DNA from: Balanoglossus misakiensis
Taxonomy: Eukaryota > Animalia > Hemichordata
Reading direction: 5' to 3'
NCBI GenBank assembly: GCA_040954595.2
Contig: CM082590.2
Span: forward strand, 2,666,001 to 2,730,000
Length of the DNA: 64,000 bases
The stretch's first letter is position 1. Each line of letters begins with the position of its first letter. Shown here in pieces: positions 40,938-53,330 of the stretch. Under the pieces are notes generated by a model, which searched no databases, was not told the origin of the DNA, and saw nothing but the letters and a program-made list of their open reading frames with translations. A program made the translations under genes and the position numbers.

Positions 40938-43900
40938 CTATCCTTCTGGCATGCAATAGTCTTTGTGCCAAGGAGGTTTAGATTTTATTCTTGTTGAGCG
41001 TCTCACATCAGTTCTATTGGGGTTTACATTTGTCTTAGGTGAATTTGTTACTGGCATTGTTGGAGGAACATTTACAATCGTTTCCAACGATGCTGTACCA
41101 GTAGGTGAAACAGGACTAGGACATGCTGGTCCAGTTGATTTCTGACTAGAACAGACGGGTTATACTGGCAAGTTATCCAGGTTGTTATGTGTAGACAAAT
41201 CATGGATATGGGGGTTACAGGATTGAACACCATTTTGAACCCTTTGAGGTTGTTCATATGTCAAATGTTTGGAGTTCCATTCAGTGCCCTGGAAGGAAAA
41301 TTCTGGATATTCCTCAACATATTTCTTTACATGTCCAGTGGACCTTCTTTTTACACCTTTGGAGTTTTCCAATACTAACGCACCTCCATCTTTCTGGATG
41401 ACTTTGTATGGTTCTGTCTCGAAATTGGGAGTGAGTTTGTTTTGCCTAAATGCTTGCTGGAGCAAAACAGTATCACCTTCCCTGATATCTGAGGAAGTGG
41501 CATGTCTCCTGTTGTCGGCATAGAACTTTTGTTTCATTTTCATTCTGTTGTTTCTTTCTCTCATTTTGATTTGCCAATCAGACTCATTGATTGTTTGGGA
41601 TGGAATTCTCAGTCTAGGAATTTTGTCCCTAAACTCTCTTCCCATCAGAGCCATAGCAGGAGATATGCCTGTCACAGTATGGGGTGTATTTCTATATTCA
41701 AATAGAAAATGTGTCAAATCTTTGTACCAACTTTTCTTTTGCAATTTAGCAATTCGTACAGACTTCAAAATTATTTCATTCAGCCTCTCAACACTTCCAT
41801 TGCTCTGAGGCCAGTATGGAATGGAATATTCATGATCAATACCTAAGTAATCAAGGAAACCTTCAAACTCGGCTGAGGTAAAAGGTGGACCATTGTCTGA
41901 TTTGACACAGTAAGGCAACCCATGTGTAAGAAACATAGCTTCCATGGCTTTTATGACATGGGCAGCATCTGTTTTCTTTAACAAAACTACTTCAGGCCAT
42001 CTAGAGTATAAATCAGTTACCACTAGTAATTTCTCACCATCACATACATCCAAAAGATCAACTGCTAAATCGAACCATGGTCCTTCAGGTAACTGTGTGG
42101 GTAATAATGGGTGTGGGTAATAATGGCTCTGGGTTTGGCCTGGCACTGACCAATTGACATGGATGACAGGATCGTATCAGTTTTTCCACATCCCTGTCCA
42201 TTCCTGGCCACCAAACTCTGTCACGTAAACGAGCCTTTGTCCTCACAATTCCCTGATGACCCTGGTGTGCAATTTTCAAGATTTTTCTTTGCAAAACTTG
42301 AGGAACAACCAATCTGTTACCACGCATGATCAATCTGCCATACAACCATAATTCGTCTTTCACATGCCAGTAGGGTGAAGACTTCAATTTTGACCAATTT
42401 GCAGAGGTAATACACTTTTCAACCAATTGCAAGCTCTGGTCTTTTGCAGATTCTCTCTCAATATCACGTGGGGTGATAGCAGATGGCATAGCCTCTAAAA
42501 CAACACTACATGCAAAATCTTCAGTCTCTCTACAATAGTTGTCAGATGGTTCGTCCACGGGCAATCTACTCAACATGTCCGCATAATTATTCTTTCCCTT
42601 GATATGGGTGATATGATAATCAAATTGTTGCATATATAACAGCCATCTCTCAATTCTAGCTGAAGGGGGCCTGGAGTTAGGGCTGAATACTTTCAATAAA
42701 GGCTTATGGTCAGTTCTGACCTCAAAATGACTGCCTAGCAGAAACTGCTGAAGTTTCTCACATGCCCATTTAACTCCAAGCGCCTCTCGCTCAAACTGAG
42801 AGTACATTGACTCAACATGTGTAAGCTTTCTGCTAACGTAGTACACTGGTTGATATGAACCATTACTTTGCATTTGTTCAAGGATTGCTCCAACACCAAC
42901 GGGCGATGCATCAGAAGTGACTCGAGTTTTAGCACCCTGCTTGAAATAAGCCATGAATGGACTTGTGGTCAATTTATGTTTGATGAGATTGAATATTTCT
43001 CATGCTTGGGAAGCCATTTCCACTTTGCATCTTTGCGAGTCAAATCCCACAGTGGGCTTGTCACTGTTGCAAATTTATCGACATATTTTGAGCAAAATTG
43101 AGCCAGCCCCAAGAAACTTCTCAATTCTGATTTGTCAGTTGGCGTTCGAGCTTTTACAATAGCTTTGACCTTCTCATCAGTGAGTTTCATACCCTGGGCC
43201 GTCATCAAGTGACCCATGAATATCATACTGTCTCCTAGCTTACATTTTGTAAAGTTCAGCGTTAAACCATGCTCACTAAAACGCTTGATCACTTTCCCAA
43301 CTCTGGCATGCAGCTGCTCATAATTTTCAGCTACTACTCTAATATCATCATGCATGTTGTGGGCACCCTCACAGCCCTTCAAAACCTGGCTAATTAGATT
43401 TTGAAACTTTTCAGTCGCCATGTTCACACCAAAAACTAAACGCTTGTAGCGATACAAAGAGTTGGGCCCTGAAAAGGTTGTAATATCCCTGCTCTTTTCA
43501 TCGAGCTCAATTTGATGGAAAGCCATATTCATATCAAGCTTGCAAAATACCTTGGCCCCTGAAATTTCCTCTAGCGTTTCATCCATGGTGGGAACAGGGT
43601 GTCTTTCCCTAACAATGGCTTGATTTGCTTTTCTCATGTCCAGACATAGTCTGATATCCCCATCAGGCTTTTGTACTGTTACAAGGGGGTTGACCCAAGA
43701 GGTCGGACCCGAAACCTTCTCTATTACTCCCAGCTTTTGAAGCTCGTTGAGTTTTTTCAACAACTTTAGCACGGCGGTTGAAAGGAATTCGCCGGTACTG
43801 GGCTATGGGTTTGACACTCTCATCAATATGCAAATGGAGCTTGTAGCCCTTTAACTTACCCAACCCATTAAATACCTCAGGATATTTCCTCCGCAATTCT

Positions 43901-45294
43901 GCAAGAATTGGCGAAGAATTATCAGCAGATATTGAATTTATCGTGTACAGATTCACATTTCCAACTCTCAACATATCTAAATTCTCAGAAGTACTCCGAC
44001 TCAACAAAATCGGTTGATCAGCCTTGATCACTATAAAATCAGCAATACATTTCTTTTTAGTAGGCGCTTCAACATGTAAGGCACATTTACCCAATATATC
44101 TAAAGGTTTACTAGAACCATAGGTAAACACTTTATTGTTACAATTTCGAACTTTCACACCACGCTTTTCAGCAAGTCTGCGAAATTGTCTTTCACCAATG
44201 AGATTACATGTAGCACCACTGTCGATGATAACCGGCACGTGTTGATTCTCGATCTGAATACCTGTATCAGTGAGGTCCTTCCCACTGGAAGCACGGAAAG
44301 CAGCATTGAAAGCATAGTACGCTTTCTCCTCGTCAGTCTCGACGTCTGCATGGCCACCATCGGCGTTTGCATCAGTAGTCGTCTGAGCTACCTTGTGTGT
44401 ACCGCGACCATCACCACGCGTACGGCCACGTCCACGTGCGCTGCGGTTACCACCACTGCCTCGACTGTTGCCATTTTCACTGTCTTTAGACGGACAGTCT
44501 TCCCACTTAGCACGACAGTCTGCAGCTCTGTGTCCTGGTTTTTGACATCGGAAACACCGGTCGGATTTTTGTTCGGCATTGCGAGAACTACCACTTGTAC
44601 TGGCGCGACATTCACGTTGCATGTGACCTTTCCTTCCACAACGGAAACAGGCTAAGTCCGCCATTTTGTTTTTGGCGCGCGTACGTTTACCGCCAATATT
44701 GACTGCATTTGCACTCACAGCTTGAGTACCAGACACCAAAACTAGTGCATCTTTGTCGTGATACGACCGTATGATTTGTAGTAGTTTGGTAGTGTCCAAA
44801 TTCTTTTCACGATACAGCTTGCTTTTTAGCACCTTGTCGCTGATGTAGAGCAAGACACGATCTCTTATCTGGTTGTCTTTTTCCGTCTCGGGAAAATCAC
44901 AGTCTTTCAGTAGGTTCTTGAGACGTATTACGTAGCTGTCGACCGTCTCCCCGGACGTGGGAGTTGCGCTGTAAAACTTCTGTCTCGCCATAGGAACGTT
45001 TTTCTGCAGTTGAAAGTGTTTATCCAAACATGCTATCAACGTTGCGCAGTTTGTGACGTCACCAGTTTCATCTTCAGATTTAGTGCTAACAATGTCTCTG
45101 ATGCCCGCTCCAGCCATGTGCAAAAGTAAGGCACGCTTCTGCGCATTATTTGAAACACCAGAAGCTGCTACGAACAGTTCAAATTCCTGAAGCCAACGCT
45201 CCCACCTTTGCTGAAGAGCCTCCGGTTCGCCTTCACAGTCGAATCCCGCTACTCCTGGCAGTCCGGACAGCGTTACGGGTGTAGACATTTTCAT
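40938..45294 (-). pseudogene. Gypsy gag-pol polyprotein with three frameshifts and one premature stop
   Basis: Two CCHC knuckles, protease IIDSGAT, RT (LCLDMR, MHDDI), RNase H (SDASPVG), integrase HHCC plus DDE, and C-terminal RRSTRIKSKPPWHKDY. Lesions are at ~43755, ~42997, a 16-bp duplication at 42095-42126, and TAA at 41160-41162. Confidence 0.95.
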
Positions 45295-45377
45295 GCACTC
45301 AAATCACGGCTAAAAAGTCACCAAATCTCGTAAAGGTTGCTTGCGTATGTTCTTCGATAGTTAATTTAGACAACTAA

Positions 45378-45390
45378 ATCCTCGTCGCCA
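45378..45390 (-). promoter_or_regulatory. Primer-binding site TGGCGACGAGGAT, complementary to the tRNA-Ser(GCU) 3' end
   Basis: It lies 4 nt inside the 5' LTR. The + strand reads ATCCTCGTCGCCA, matching the recalled tRNA-Ser(GCU) 3' end. Confidence 0.8.
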
Positions 45391-45394
45391 TTTA

Positions 45395-45548
45395 TGTGAT
45401 GTCCGGGAAGGGGTTATTGACAGTCGACAACGACGGAGTTCCACAGAAGTGATGTTTATTGAATGACAACCACGCGGGAACTAACAGTTACAGGAAATCA
45501 CGTATACAGACCATGTGACAATCACGTGATCATGACAATACTATCACA
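45395..45548 (-). repeat. Gypsy 5' LTR
   Basis: 153/154 identity with the 3' LTR, and followed by the PBS. Confidence 0.97.
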
Positions 45549-46034
45549 ATGATCTGATATAAACTGATGGTTCATAACTATTCACCATAGACCTTAACTT
45601 GTTTGTGACATTTACTGATGCAAATAACAACTGCACAATTTGAATATTGCCATAACTATTTTCAAAGGTAGTTTGACACCCACCCCACCCAAAATGATAG
45701 AAGGATCAGTTAGTAACATTCTATACCCTTACATTTTTATTTGTCAGTGTCACACATATTTAGAAGATAAATGAAAACTGAATACAAGAATAAAAGTTTG
45801 TCTAACCTTTATGATCTTCTTTGACAAGTTCTTGGCAGCATGCCAAATGTCATGAGAATGTTTTATGTCTGGGTGATCGTCTCCTATAAGAGTGGGTAAA
45901 TGTGATTACAAATGGAGCTTCAAAATGACAGTGTTATGATTGCCAAATACATTATCTCAGAAAAACAAAATCAACATTGACCTGTATAACAGCTTTGCTT
46001 TTGGCATTTCAAAGCAACATATAACCCAAGTTAA

Positions 46035-46829
46035 GATGGGTCCCTAGGATCTTTTTGCTCGTTGCTATGGGCCTTTATAGGACACTACACTCAATTTTGA
46101 TCGAAACCGTTATGAACGTCCGACAAGGGGCTTGTAACTAGTTAAAAATACGCACGATTGTGTGCACACCCCCTGTCCGAGTATGGTTACGGCAGCTACT
46201 GCCCGGCCATAGGCCGCCACGCTAATACGGCAAAGCAGCAGTCACCGATAGCGTGCGCGTCCTGTAACCACAGTAACTGGATCGAACGCTAAAAATCCAA
46301 TGTTTTGTACACAGAGATTTTGTACCGTTCACGAAAATCCCTAAGGCTTTTTTCATAGGCGACGTAGGCCAGCCAAATTTGACCTGCTTGTTGAGAACGC
46401 ACTTCCGCATAGTGTGACGGATCGTTTTTTCGGTTTTCGTCGTGCTAAGAAGCGATACCGGTGGAAGAGTGCGTCCAAAAACACCCACAATCGATGACTT
46501 TTTCAGGTGTGGTACGGGTATGCTGAAATCGTAGGATACAACGATAATATTCGAAAACAAAATCCGTCACGATCTTCCCTGGTTCAAGCAACTAATGAAT
46601 ACGTATCAAGTTCGTTTTTGAGGTCACGGAATAAAAAGCCTTAGGCTTTTGAAATTTGACCTAGCTAATTTGCATATCAATGGCGTCAGGGGGCGCGCGC
46701 TCACAATCGTGCAGATTTTCAACTAGTTACCAGCCCCTTGTTAGACTGTGAAAACGGCTTAGTCCAAATCGGGGTGTAATGTCCTATAAAGGCCCATAGC
46801 AACGGGCAAAAAGATCCTAGGGACCCATC
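46035..46829. mobile_element. Non-autonomous TTAA-specific element (Kolobok-like, different family), 795 bp, in transposase intron 9
   Basis: TTAA at 46031-46034 and 46830-46833. TIR GATGGGTCCCTAGGATCTTTTTGC, near-perfect for ~55 bp and imperfect to ~140 bp. RR...YY termini. Confidence 0.9.
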
Positions 46830-48149
46830 TTAAAATCATAAAATTACACTTACTCATCAGAGCTGTAATCTGCATGTGGGCATCTGTTACGACTTCTTTG
46901 ACATTTACACCTTTCTCCTGAAGCTGGTTTAGACTTTTAACAAGGCAGGCCTTTTCCATGTTTGTTGACTTCTTCTCTGTTTCTCTTTTGTCCATGGTTA
47001 TTATCGACAGAATTTTCTTGGTGGTTTCCTCCATCACAGTATAGGTGCAATATTGCGCACAAAAACCCGGGGAATCCATTCGCCCATCACCTGAGACATA
47101 ATCAAGTAAATATGTCAGTCAAATTATACATAAGTATGCATAAGTGAGAACATTTCCAATTCAATGATTTTACAATGAGTATGAAATGATGCAAATGAGG
47201 AAGTAAATGCCACCAAATAATAACTATTGTATTCTCTTTTCTAAATCAGCAGAATAGAGTGTGTAAGTATAAACTTTTAGACATAAATTACAAGTGCATT
47301 GGCAGACATGTGATGGATAATCAGTGGGGTGAGCCAATCAGATTAGGTGCGTGTCATTAACAATGAAGCTAAAAACTTACCCAGTAAAACAAGTTCTTGG
47401 CCATCAAATGAATCAATGATGTCTTGTTGTTGTCGTATCCAAAATTCATCAAGACATGGTATTAGACAAGCTTTCTGAATTCTATTGTAAGTATTCTGGG
47501 AGCAAATTCTGAGTGACAGAATGCTTGCCAAAAAATTAATTTTGGCATAATTATTACCAGACAATAGAATGGCAGCTGCTGTGAAGAGATCACCACTATG
47601 AAGTCTCCTGTTCAAAATTGGTTGTGAACACCATTCATACTCAAGGTGACCAGCTGAGCATTCCTGAAAAAAAAAGTTTAAAGATTCATGCTTATTTGAT
47701 CATTTCATGTTGATTTCTCCAAGACACGATAAAACAGATGTTAATACCGATAACTTTGTAATTTCAGTTGACTATTGTTTTTTATTATAAACCTAAAGGA
47801 ACAATGTGCACCCACATAGGATTATAACTAGAGTTTCCTGTTCATCTAAATAATACTGGCATAGTGATTGTCCATACAATGCACACTACAGTTGGTATAG
47901 TTTAACAATAATTGTCAAGAATATACCATATTTAGTTCACACTCACCCACTTTAGATATAAAGCTGAGCCAACAAACTTTGAAGTAGAGGATATCAATCC
48001 ACTGCAAGACTTCAATGCACAGACTTGCCTAATAGATTTTTTGCCAAGGGCCAGAAGCTGGTTCAAAAAAACAGACATGTTGTAGAGTCACCAAGGAGGC
48101 TTTCCCCATCTTCTTCTGTGACAACTCTCTGCAGACCCGGTGATGGTGT

Positions 48150-48150
<1 letters not shown>

Positions 48151-48197
<47 letters not shown>
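48151..48197. repeat. (TCA)n microsatellite encoding a poly-Asp tract in transposase exon 7
   Basis: About 15 TCA units, read as GAT codons on the - strand. Confidence 0.95.
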
Positions 48198-48198
<1 letters not shown>

Positions 48199-49369
48199 CC
48201 ACCGTCACTTTCAATATCGTCGTCACCAATGGCAGGAACCACCTGCACGCCATTAGTTCTGAGAAATGGACAAAAAATCCTAACAATGCTCATGACTTGT
48301 CCATCAGAGTTTGTCAGTCAGCTGTTAGTACAAATGTTGTAAGTTGATGTTTCATTCATAAAAGAAAATTTATCATATATATGAATTTTAGCGTCCAACA
48401 CTTAGGCTTTTTTTAACCATGAGGATATTTTGCCTTCCATTTGTTGTGTACCCATCCAATAAGGAACTTTGATGATAGTGATAAATGCGCACTTACATTA
48501 TAGAAATATCAAAGATGGGCTCATAGTCATAATCATCATCGTCACATAGGTTCATGTCTTCCTCTTTGTCTTCCTCAGAAATATCAATGCTCAACCTGGT
48601 AGTAATAAAACCAAGGAATTAATCTGAATAGTGGGACAATGCTGCTCACTAAAAATACATATAGTCACTCATAAGCACAAAAAAGAAAGAAAACATTTCC
48701 CATGAATTTAAGTACAAGCAAATGTTCTGACACACGTGATGCATGTCATGAAACTGATTTTCCCAACAAATTTAAATTTAGTGTAACAGGAGAAAAGAAG
48801 CAATCGAAAAGGCTTGCTCAAGCAAGGGATACATGCATGCCGTATATGACAATAGAATAAGGAAAACTTACTCAAATGGATTGATGAAAGACTCAGACAA
48901 ATTTCTTGGAAATCTTACACGGCCGCTGGATAAAAAAATGACAAAATAGGCACACATGAGACGGCAATATGTACTGAACTAATTTACAGCTGTGAACTAA
49001 ATATAACACACATGAAAATTGAACTCTGAAACAAAGTGACAGGGGCACACAGGGACAGCAGCATCACTGCTTATTTTTACAGGTTCCTCTCTATCTTGGT
49101 TTCACACAAGTAAATTTAGGGTGATTGGTAAACATTTGCCATTTTGCTTTCTAAGAAATATTTTCATGTTGATAGCTACACAGAATAACTTATTCACACA
49201 AGCATAAGCAAGGGAGTTAGAAATTAGTACATTTACATGTATGTAAAGCAGTCGCTCCTGCTTTTGTCCTAAAGCAGGAGATTAATGTTTATCACAAAAG
49301 GTACAAAAGAGGGGGGAAAGCCACATTTCACTATAAAAGTTTACCTAACTACAGTTTATCTTCAGATTA

Positions 49370-49786
49370 TTAGAATCTCACACTCCCAAGGACCTGGGAT
49401 CACATTTCTCACAAGAGTTGGGGATTTTCTGTCCCACACGAGCCGCAGGCTCGTGTGGGACAGAATATCCCCGACGAGTGTGAGAAATATGATCCCAGGT
49501 CCTTGGTGTGTGAGATTCTTTTTCTCACACGGTCACAAATTAGCCAAGTTCGTTAAAAACATTGAATAAATGACTCTGGAATTGTTGTCTGGGGGCACGT
49601 TGTAGTCTCTGTGCCTGTAATACACATCGCGCCATTGGATAACATTTAGTGCGCGTAGCGACAGAACACTTTGTCAACCAATCAGCACTCACGTCATATA
49701 CAGCTTTCTATTCAGTGAGATTGTGAGAACAATTTGTTCCCACACTCTGTTCTCACACTCCCAGCGTACGGGGAGTGTAAGAAAAG
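49370..49786. mobile_element. Unclassified non-autonomous element with a ~148-bp terminal palindrome plus a short inverted-repeat pair
   Basis: Palindrome AGAATCTCACAC...GTGTGAGATTCT at 49372-49519, centred on CACGAGCC-GCA-GGCTCGTG. TTTTCTCACAC (49520) pairs imperfectly with GTGTAAGAAAA (49775). Boundaries are approximate. Confidence 0.7.
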
Positions 49787-52700
49787 ATAGTGTCATACCT
49801 TTCACTTTGTACTGGCTGTGATGGGCCTTCTGTAGATTCCATAGGTTTCTCTTGTGATGATTCTCCTATCTCCTGAACATCTATCTCTGCAATTCCAGAG
49901 ATGGAAGAAACCCTGTACAAAGAAAAAAAAGACTAAAATTTGATACATGACAAACTAGGTCTGCACAAACGTTGTAGGTTCCAGTTCCCCCTAATCCCCC
50001 AACCAGTAAGCAGTGAAAAACCTATGTTTGCTGGATTAAAACCATAGACGTGAATGTCTTGGTCAACACACTGAATAAATTGTATAGGATGATTTTGGTT
50101 GTTTATTGGAGGGCAAATGTCAGGTATACTTCGCCATTGTTATGTTGATTATTGTCACCTGAGAGTTTGAGCAGAGGCTTTTCCTCATACTACAGATTGT
50201 GGCTAGAAGCATTGAAATTATCATGTAATGTAAAAAAACAGTGCTTAAACACCTACCTGACTGATGATATTTCTGATGCAACTAATTCTTCTAAATTTTT
50301 TTCGATATCACAAAGATGGCCATTTCCTGGCGTTGATGTCATAGGAAAAGTTTGGGTGGCTTGTCCTTGATCATCACGTTGCCTATAAATTTTAAGAAAC
50401 AAATATATACTTTTAGGTATTCCCATCTATCACACAGATAACTATGTGGAATGCAACATTTCATTGTTTCATTTCTATAAATTATATTACGGACACAATT
50501 ACTTTTCATGAGCCATAAAAACATGTCACCTCTTTAAAACAATATACATCATGTATACTGCAAGAGCCCCATCAAATATGAAAATCTATTGTGTACTATA
50601 CAAAGCTCAAAGTATCATGATCAAAATTTATTTGGTACCTAGTTTCCATAGACGGTGCAAATACTTGCAGTGTTTCTTGGCCACTTGGAGATGATGCAGG
50701 CCTGGTAAATTCTGCATCTGTTGTTGCTGTAACTTGATGTTCATAATACCTGTCCACACAAATAATAAGACACAATGAACCTTTTTTGCCTTTACAATGG
50801 CTTGTTTACGTAGCCAATTTCTGTCTTTAGAAGGGATTACACACAGCCATAATTTGCCTCAGAGGACATGTTACAGACACGTAAGGTGAGAATAAGATAA
50901 CTACGAGAAAATAGCCAAATTTTTCTTCAGTTCATATACAGCTCAAGAAATGTACACAACTGGCTATAACAAAACGGAAGTTGTAGCAGAACAAAGAACA
51001 ACCAAATTCCGCTAAAAGCATATTGTCTCGTATGTTCGATAACAGTAATACATGTAGATTGTCCGGAGGAAAAAAAAGAAAAAAAAAAAAAAATTGCAGT
51101 ACCGTACAATTTATCTCGCATAGTCATACATTGATACAAACGGTCCAGCGTACTACATACAACTGCTGGTCGAGGGCGAGGTATGCGCTGGGCAAAATCA
51201 CTAAGTGAAATACGACTTGAAACAGCACATTTAGAATTACATTGAGATGATGCTCGCAGTGATTCTGTGAGACACAGATTCTAAATTCATGTACACAATT
51301 CATGCCGTATCTTTGGCTATGGAGTACGTACACAGTGAATGCACGAATATGTACTTACCGGTCGATCAGTACCTTTGCGACCTGGCGGTTCGTTTCGAAT
51401 ACCAAGGAGCGTTTGATTTCATTCCAACGATGAATTTCCGAGAAAATGTTTATCTGACCTACTTGTTTCAGCAATTGTTTACGTTTTTTTGCCGAAGCAG
51501 TGGTTTGTGGGCGGCCACGAGCACGTTTACGTTTACCACTGCTACTGGGAACAGACGCCAAAGCATCCGCCATGACTGTCGCTACAGCTATAATTATATG
51601 TATGACGTTTCATTTTGTGTATATACCCTTGCACATGCGCACATTGGTAATGATCGAAGCCCGGCCCGCGTCCGCGCTCGAATAAATGGTAAAGAACGAT
51701 TATTCATTTTGGTGATTTTTTTACTCTCGTGTCTACAAGCGGGATGGAACTTGTGTGTGGTCGAACGTTGATTCACTATATATCAACATTTAAAATAACA
51801 TACACAGTGTCTTGAATGAATCAAAATTAATGGAAAAAAGGCAAAAAGAGAGAGACTTTGTCCCTTTAAGTCAAAGGTTGATATTTCTCACTGTGTGTGA
51901 CCAGGGTATCATTTTAAACACAGACTGGACTTTGACTACTGTGTCCAATGGAAAAAATACATCAGCATCTATGTCTGCAAAAAGGTGTCAAAACTGACAT
52001 ATCTTATCATGTATGTCATCAAACTCAAAGGATAATATCACAGGTACTATTCAGAAGAATTCCGCTGAATCATGGTGACGATGTGCATGGAAAAATCCTG
52101 ATTATGATCTAACTGATAAACAATAGCATGATATTAATAAAATATACACATTAACCAATGAATGAACCATCGTGAAGATTGTGCCCCAACACTTATTTAA
52201 GCTTTTATCATTATTATACCTTTGTCATTACTAAATATATCAACAGCCCTGTACACCAAAGCTATCACCACATTTGTTAACCTTTATTACACCATTCATA
52301 TGAAACCCTTCACCATCATCAACCTCTATTATATTCATTGTTTTGGCCCATTATAATCTGTGTACCCTCAATTTTACCACAAACCATCACCACATTAGTT
52401 AACTGTTTATTAAACACTTCCACATGTGTTGCCCAATATTATACCATTGAAATTTATAAATCGATCATCATACCTATCATACAAGCAATTGCTGATTGCT
52501 GTTAACCCTTGTGTACCACAAGCCATTATCATGAAATAGGCAACATGAATTTCACATAACACAGTTTGTCAGCTCTGAGAATATTGTTCTCAGGACCATG
52601 TCCCACGCTTAATAAAAGTGTTGTGTATGTGGTACAGTTTAGATTCCTTGTCAGATTTCCCATAACACAGTTCGTGAGCCCCGAAAAGTACCATAACACA

Positions 52701-53330
52701 ATTCTCATGAACATTTCCCGTGATCAATAAAAGTGTTGTGTGTAGCATAGTCATTTTTCCGTTTGCTGTGACATTTGTCTCCGTGTGAGAGTTTAAGTAA
52801 ATGTGGAAACACGCAAATTAGGCAACATCAATATCCCGTACAGAATTCAGTGTGTTTTGTTCGCATTTTTGGTTGCCATTTTGAAAATGAACAAAGGACT
52901 TTCCATTGACCAACACCCGTATGAATACGTCCAAATTACCCAACTTTAATATTCCTTAAATAATTGGTCAGCTGTGCAAATATTTTTCACCTGACCACTT
53001 CCTTTGCTAAGCAAGAGTGTTTTTTATGTAATAATATTAATATAATATTTATAACGTATGTAGCACATTAAATCTCAATGTGCTTTAAAGTTGTCCCATG
53101 GTCATTTGATTTAGGTCGTTGGACATAAATATTCCATTCAACTCCCTGGGGAGCAAACAACATCTCACCATCTTTAGAAATGTCAAATTACAGTGCTTTT
53201 GGCCACGTATTAACCTGGGGATTTACAGTTAACTTTAAATACACATGCATATGCATTTAATCCCCATGTGACTATAAAACAGTTTGTAAATGTGAATATG
53301 TCCACATTACACAACTTGAATTTTACTTAA

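Larger units (their letters stand above)
40533..45548 (-). mobile_element. Complete Gypsy/Ty3 LTR retrotransposon (Mag-like), 5016 bp, in transposase intron 10
   Basis: 154-bp TG..CA LTRs, 5-bp TSD ATGAT (40528-40532 and 45549-45553), PBS, PPT, and gag-PR-RT-RH-IN domain order. Confidence 0.97.
38798..51573 (-). pseudogene. Kolobok DDE transposase, 14 exons, ~795 aa if a single frameshift is repaired
   Basis: Exons 51573-51359, 50749-50639, 50382-50257, 49912-49799, 48925-48872, 48595-48497, 48258-47947, 47663-47381, 47090-46854, 45883-45807, 40503-40399, 40141-39921, 39530-39366, 39065-38798, with GT..AG introns in consistent phases. Motifs CSAGH..WCSQP, GDGRMDSPG (D), VVTDAH (D), HDIWH, NHFWYC, ELESF (E), AALDHN. 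One base is missing at the A7 run 48065-48071. Confidence 0.88.
35168..51865. mobile_element. Full-length Kolobok-superfamily DNA transposon (~16.7 kb with nested insertions, ~10 kb without)
   Basis: TTAA at 35164-35167 and 51866-51869. Perfect 27-bp TIR AGGGACAAAGTCTCTCTCTTTTTGCCT with RR...YY termini. It encloses a DDE transposase and a convergent KolX-like gene. Confidence 0.93.

Noticed and set aside
43663-43772. Programmed gag/pol frameshift
   Set aside because: The shift falls after the protease, at the start of RT, as one extra A in a run. Other lesions are present, so mutation or sequencing error is more likely.
48025-48342. Poly-Ser and poly-Met ORFs
   Set aside because: They are alternate frames of the (TCA)n tract. 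The spliced frame encodes poly-Asp.
35164-51869. piggyBac assignment based on the TTAA TSD
   Set aside because: The termini start with AG/GA rather than CC, and the transposase motifs (GDGRxDSPG, DIWH, NHFW) and second gene fit Kolobok.
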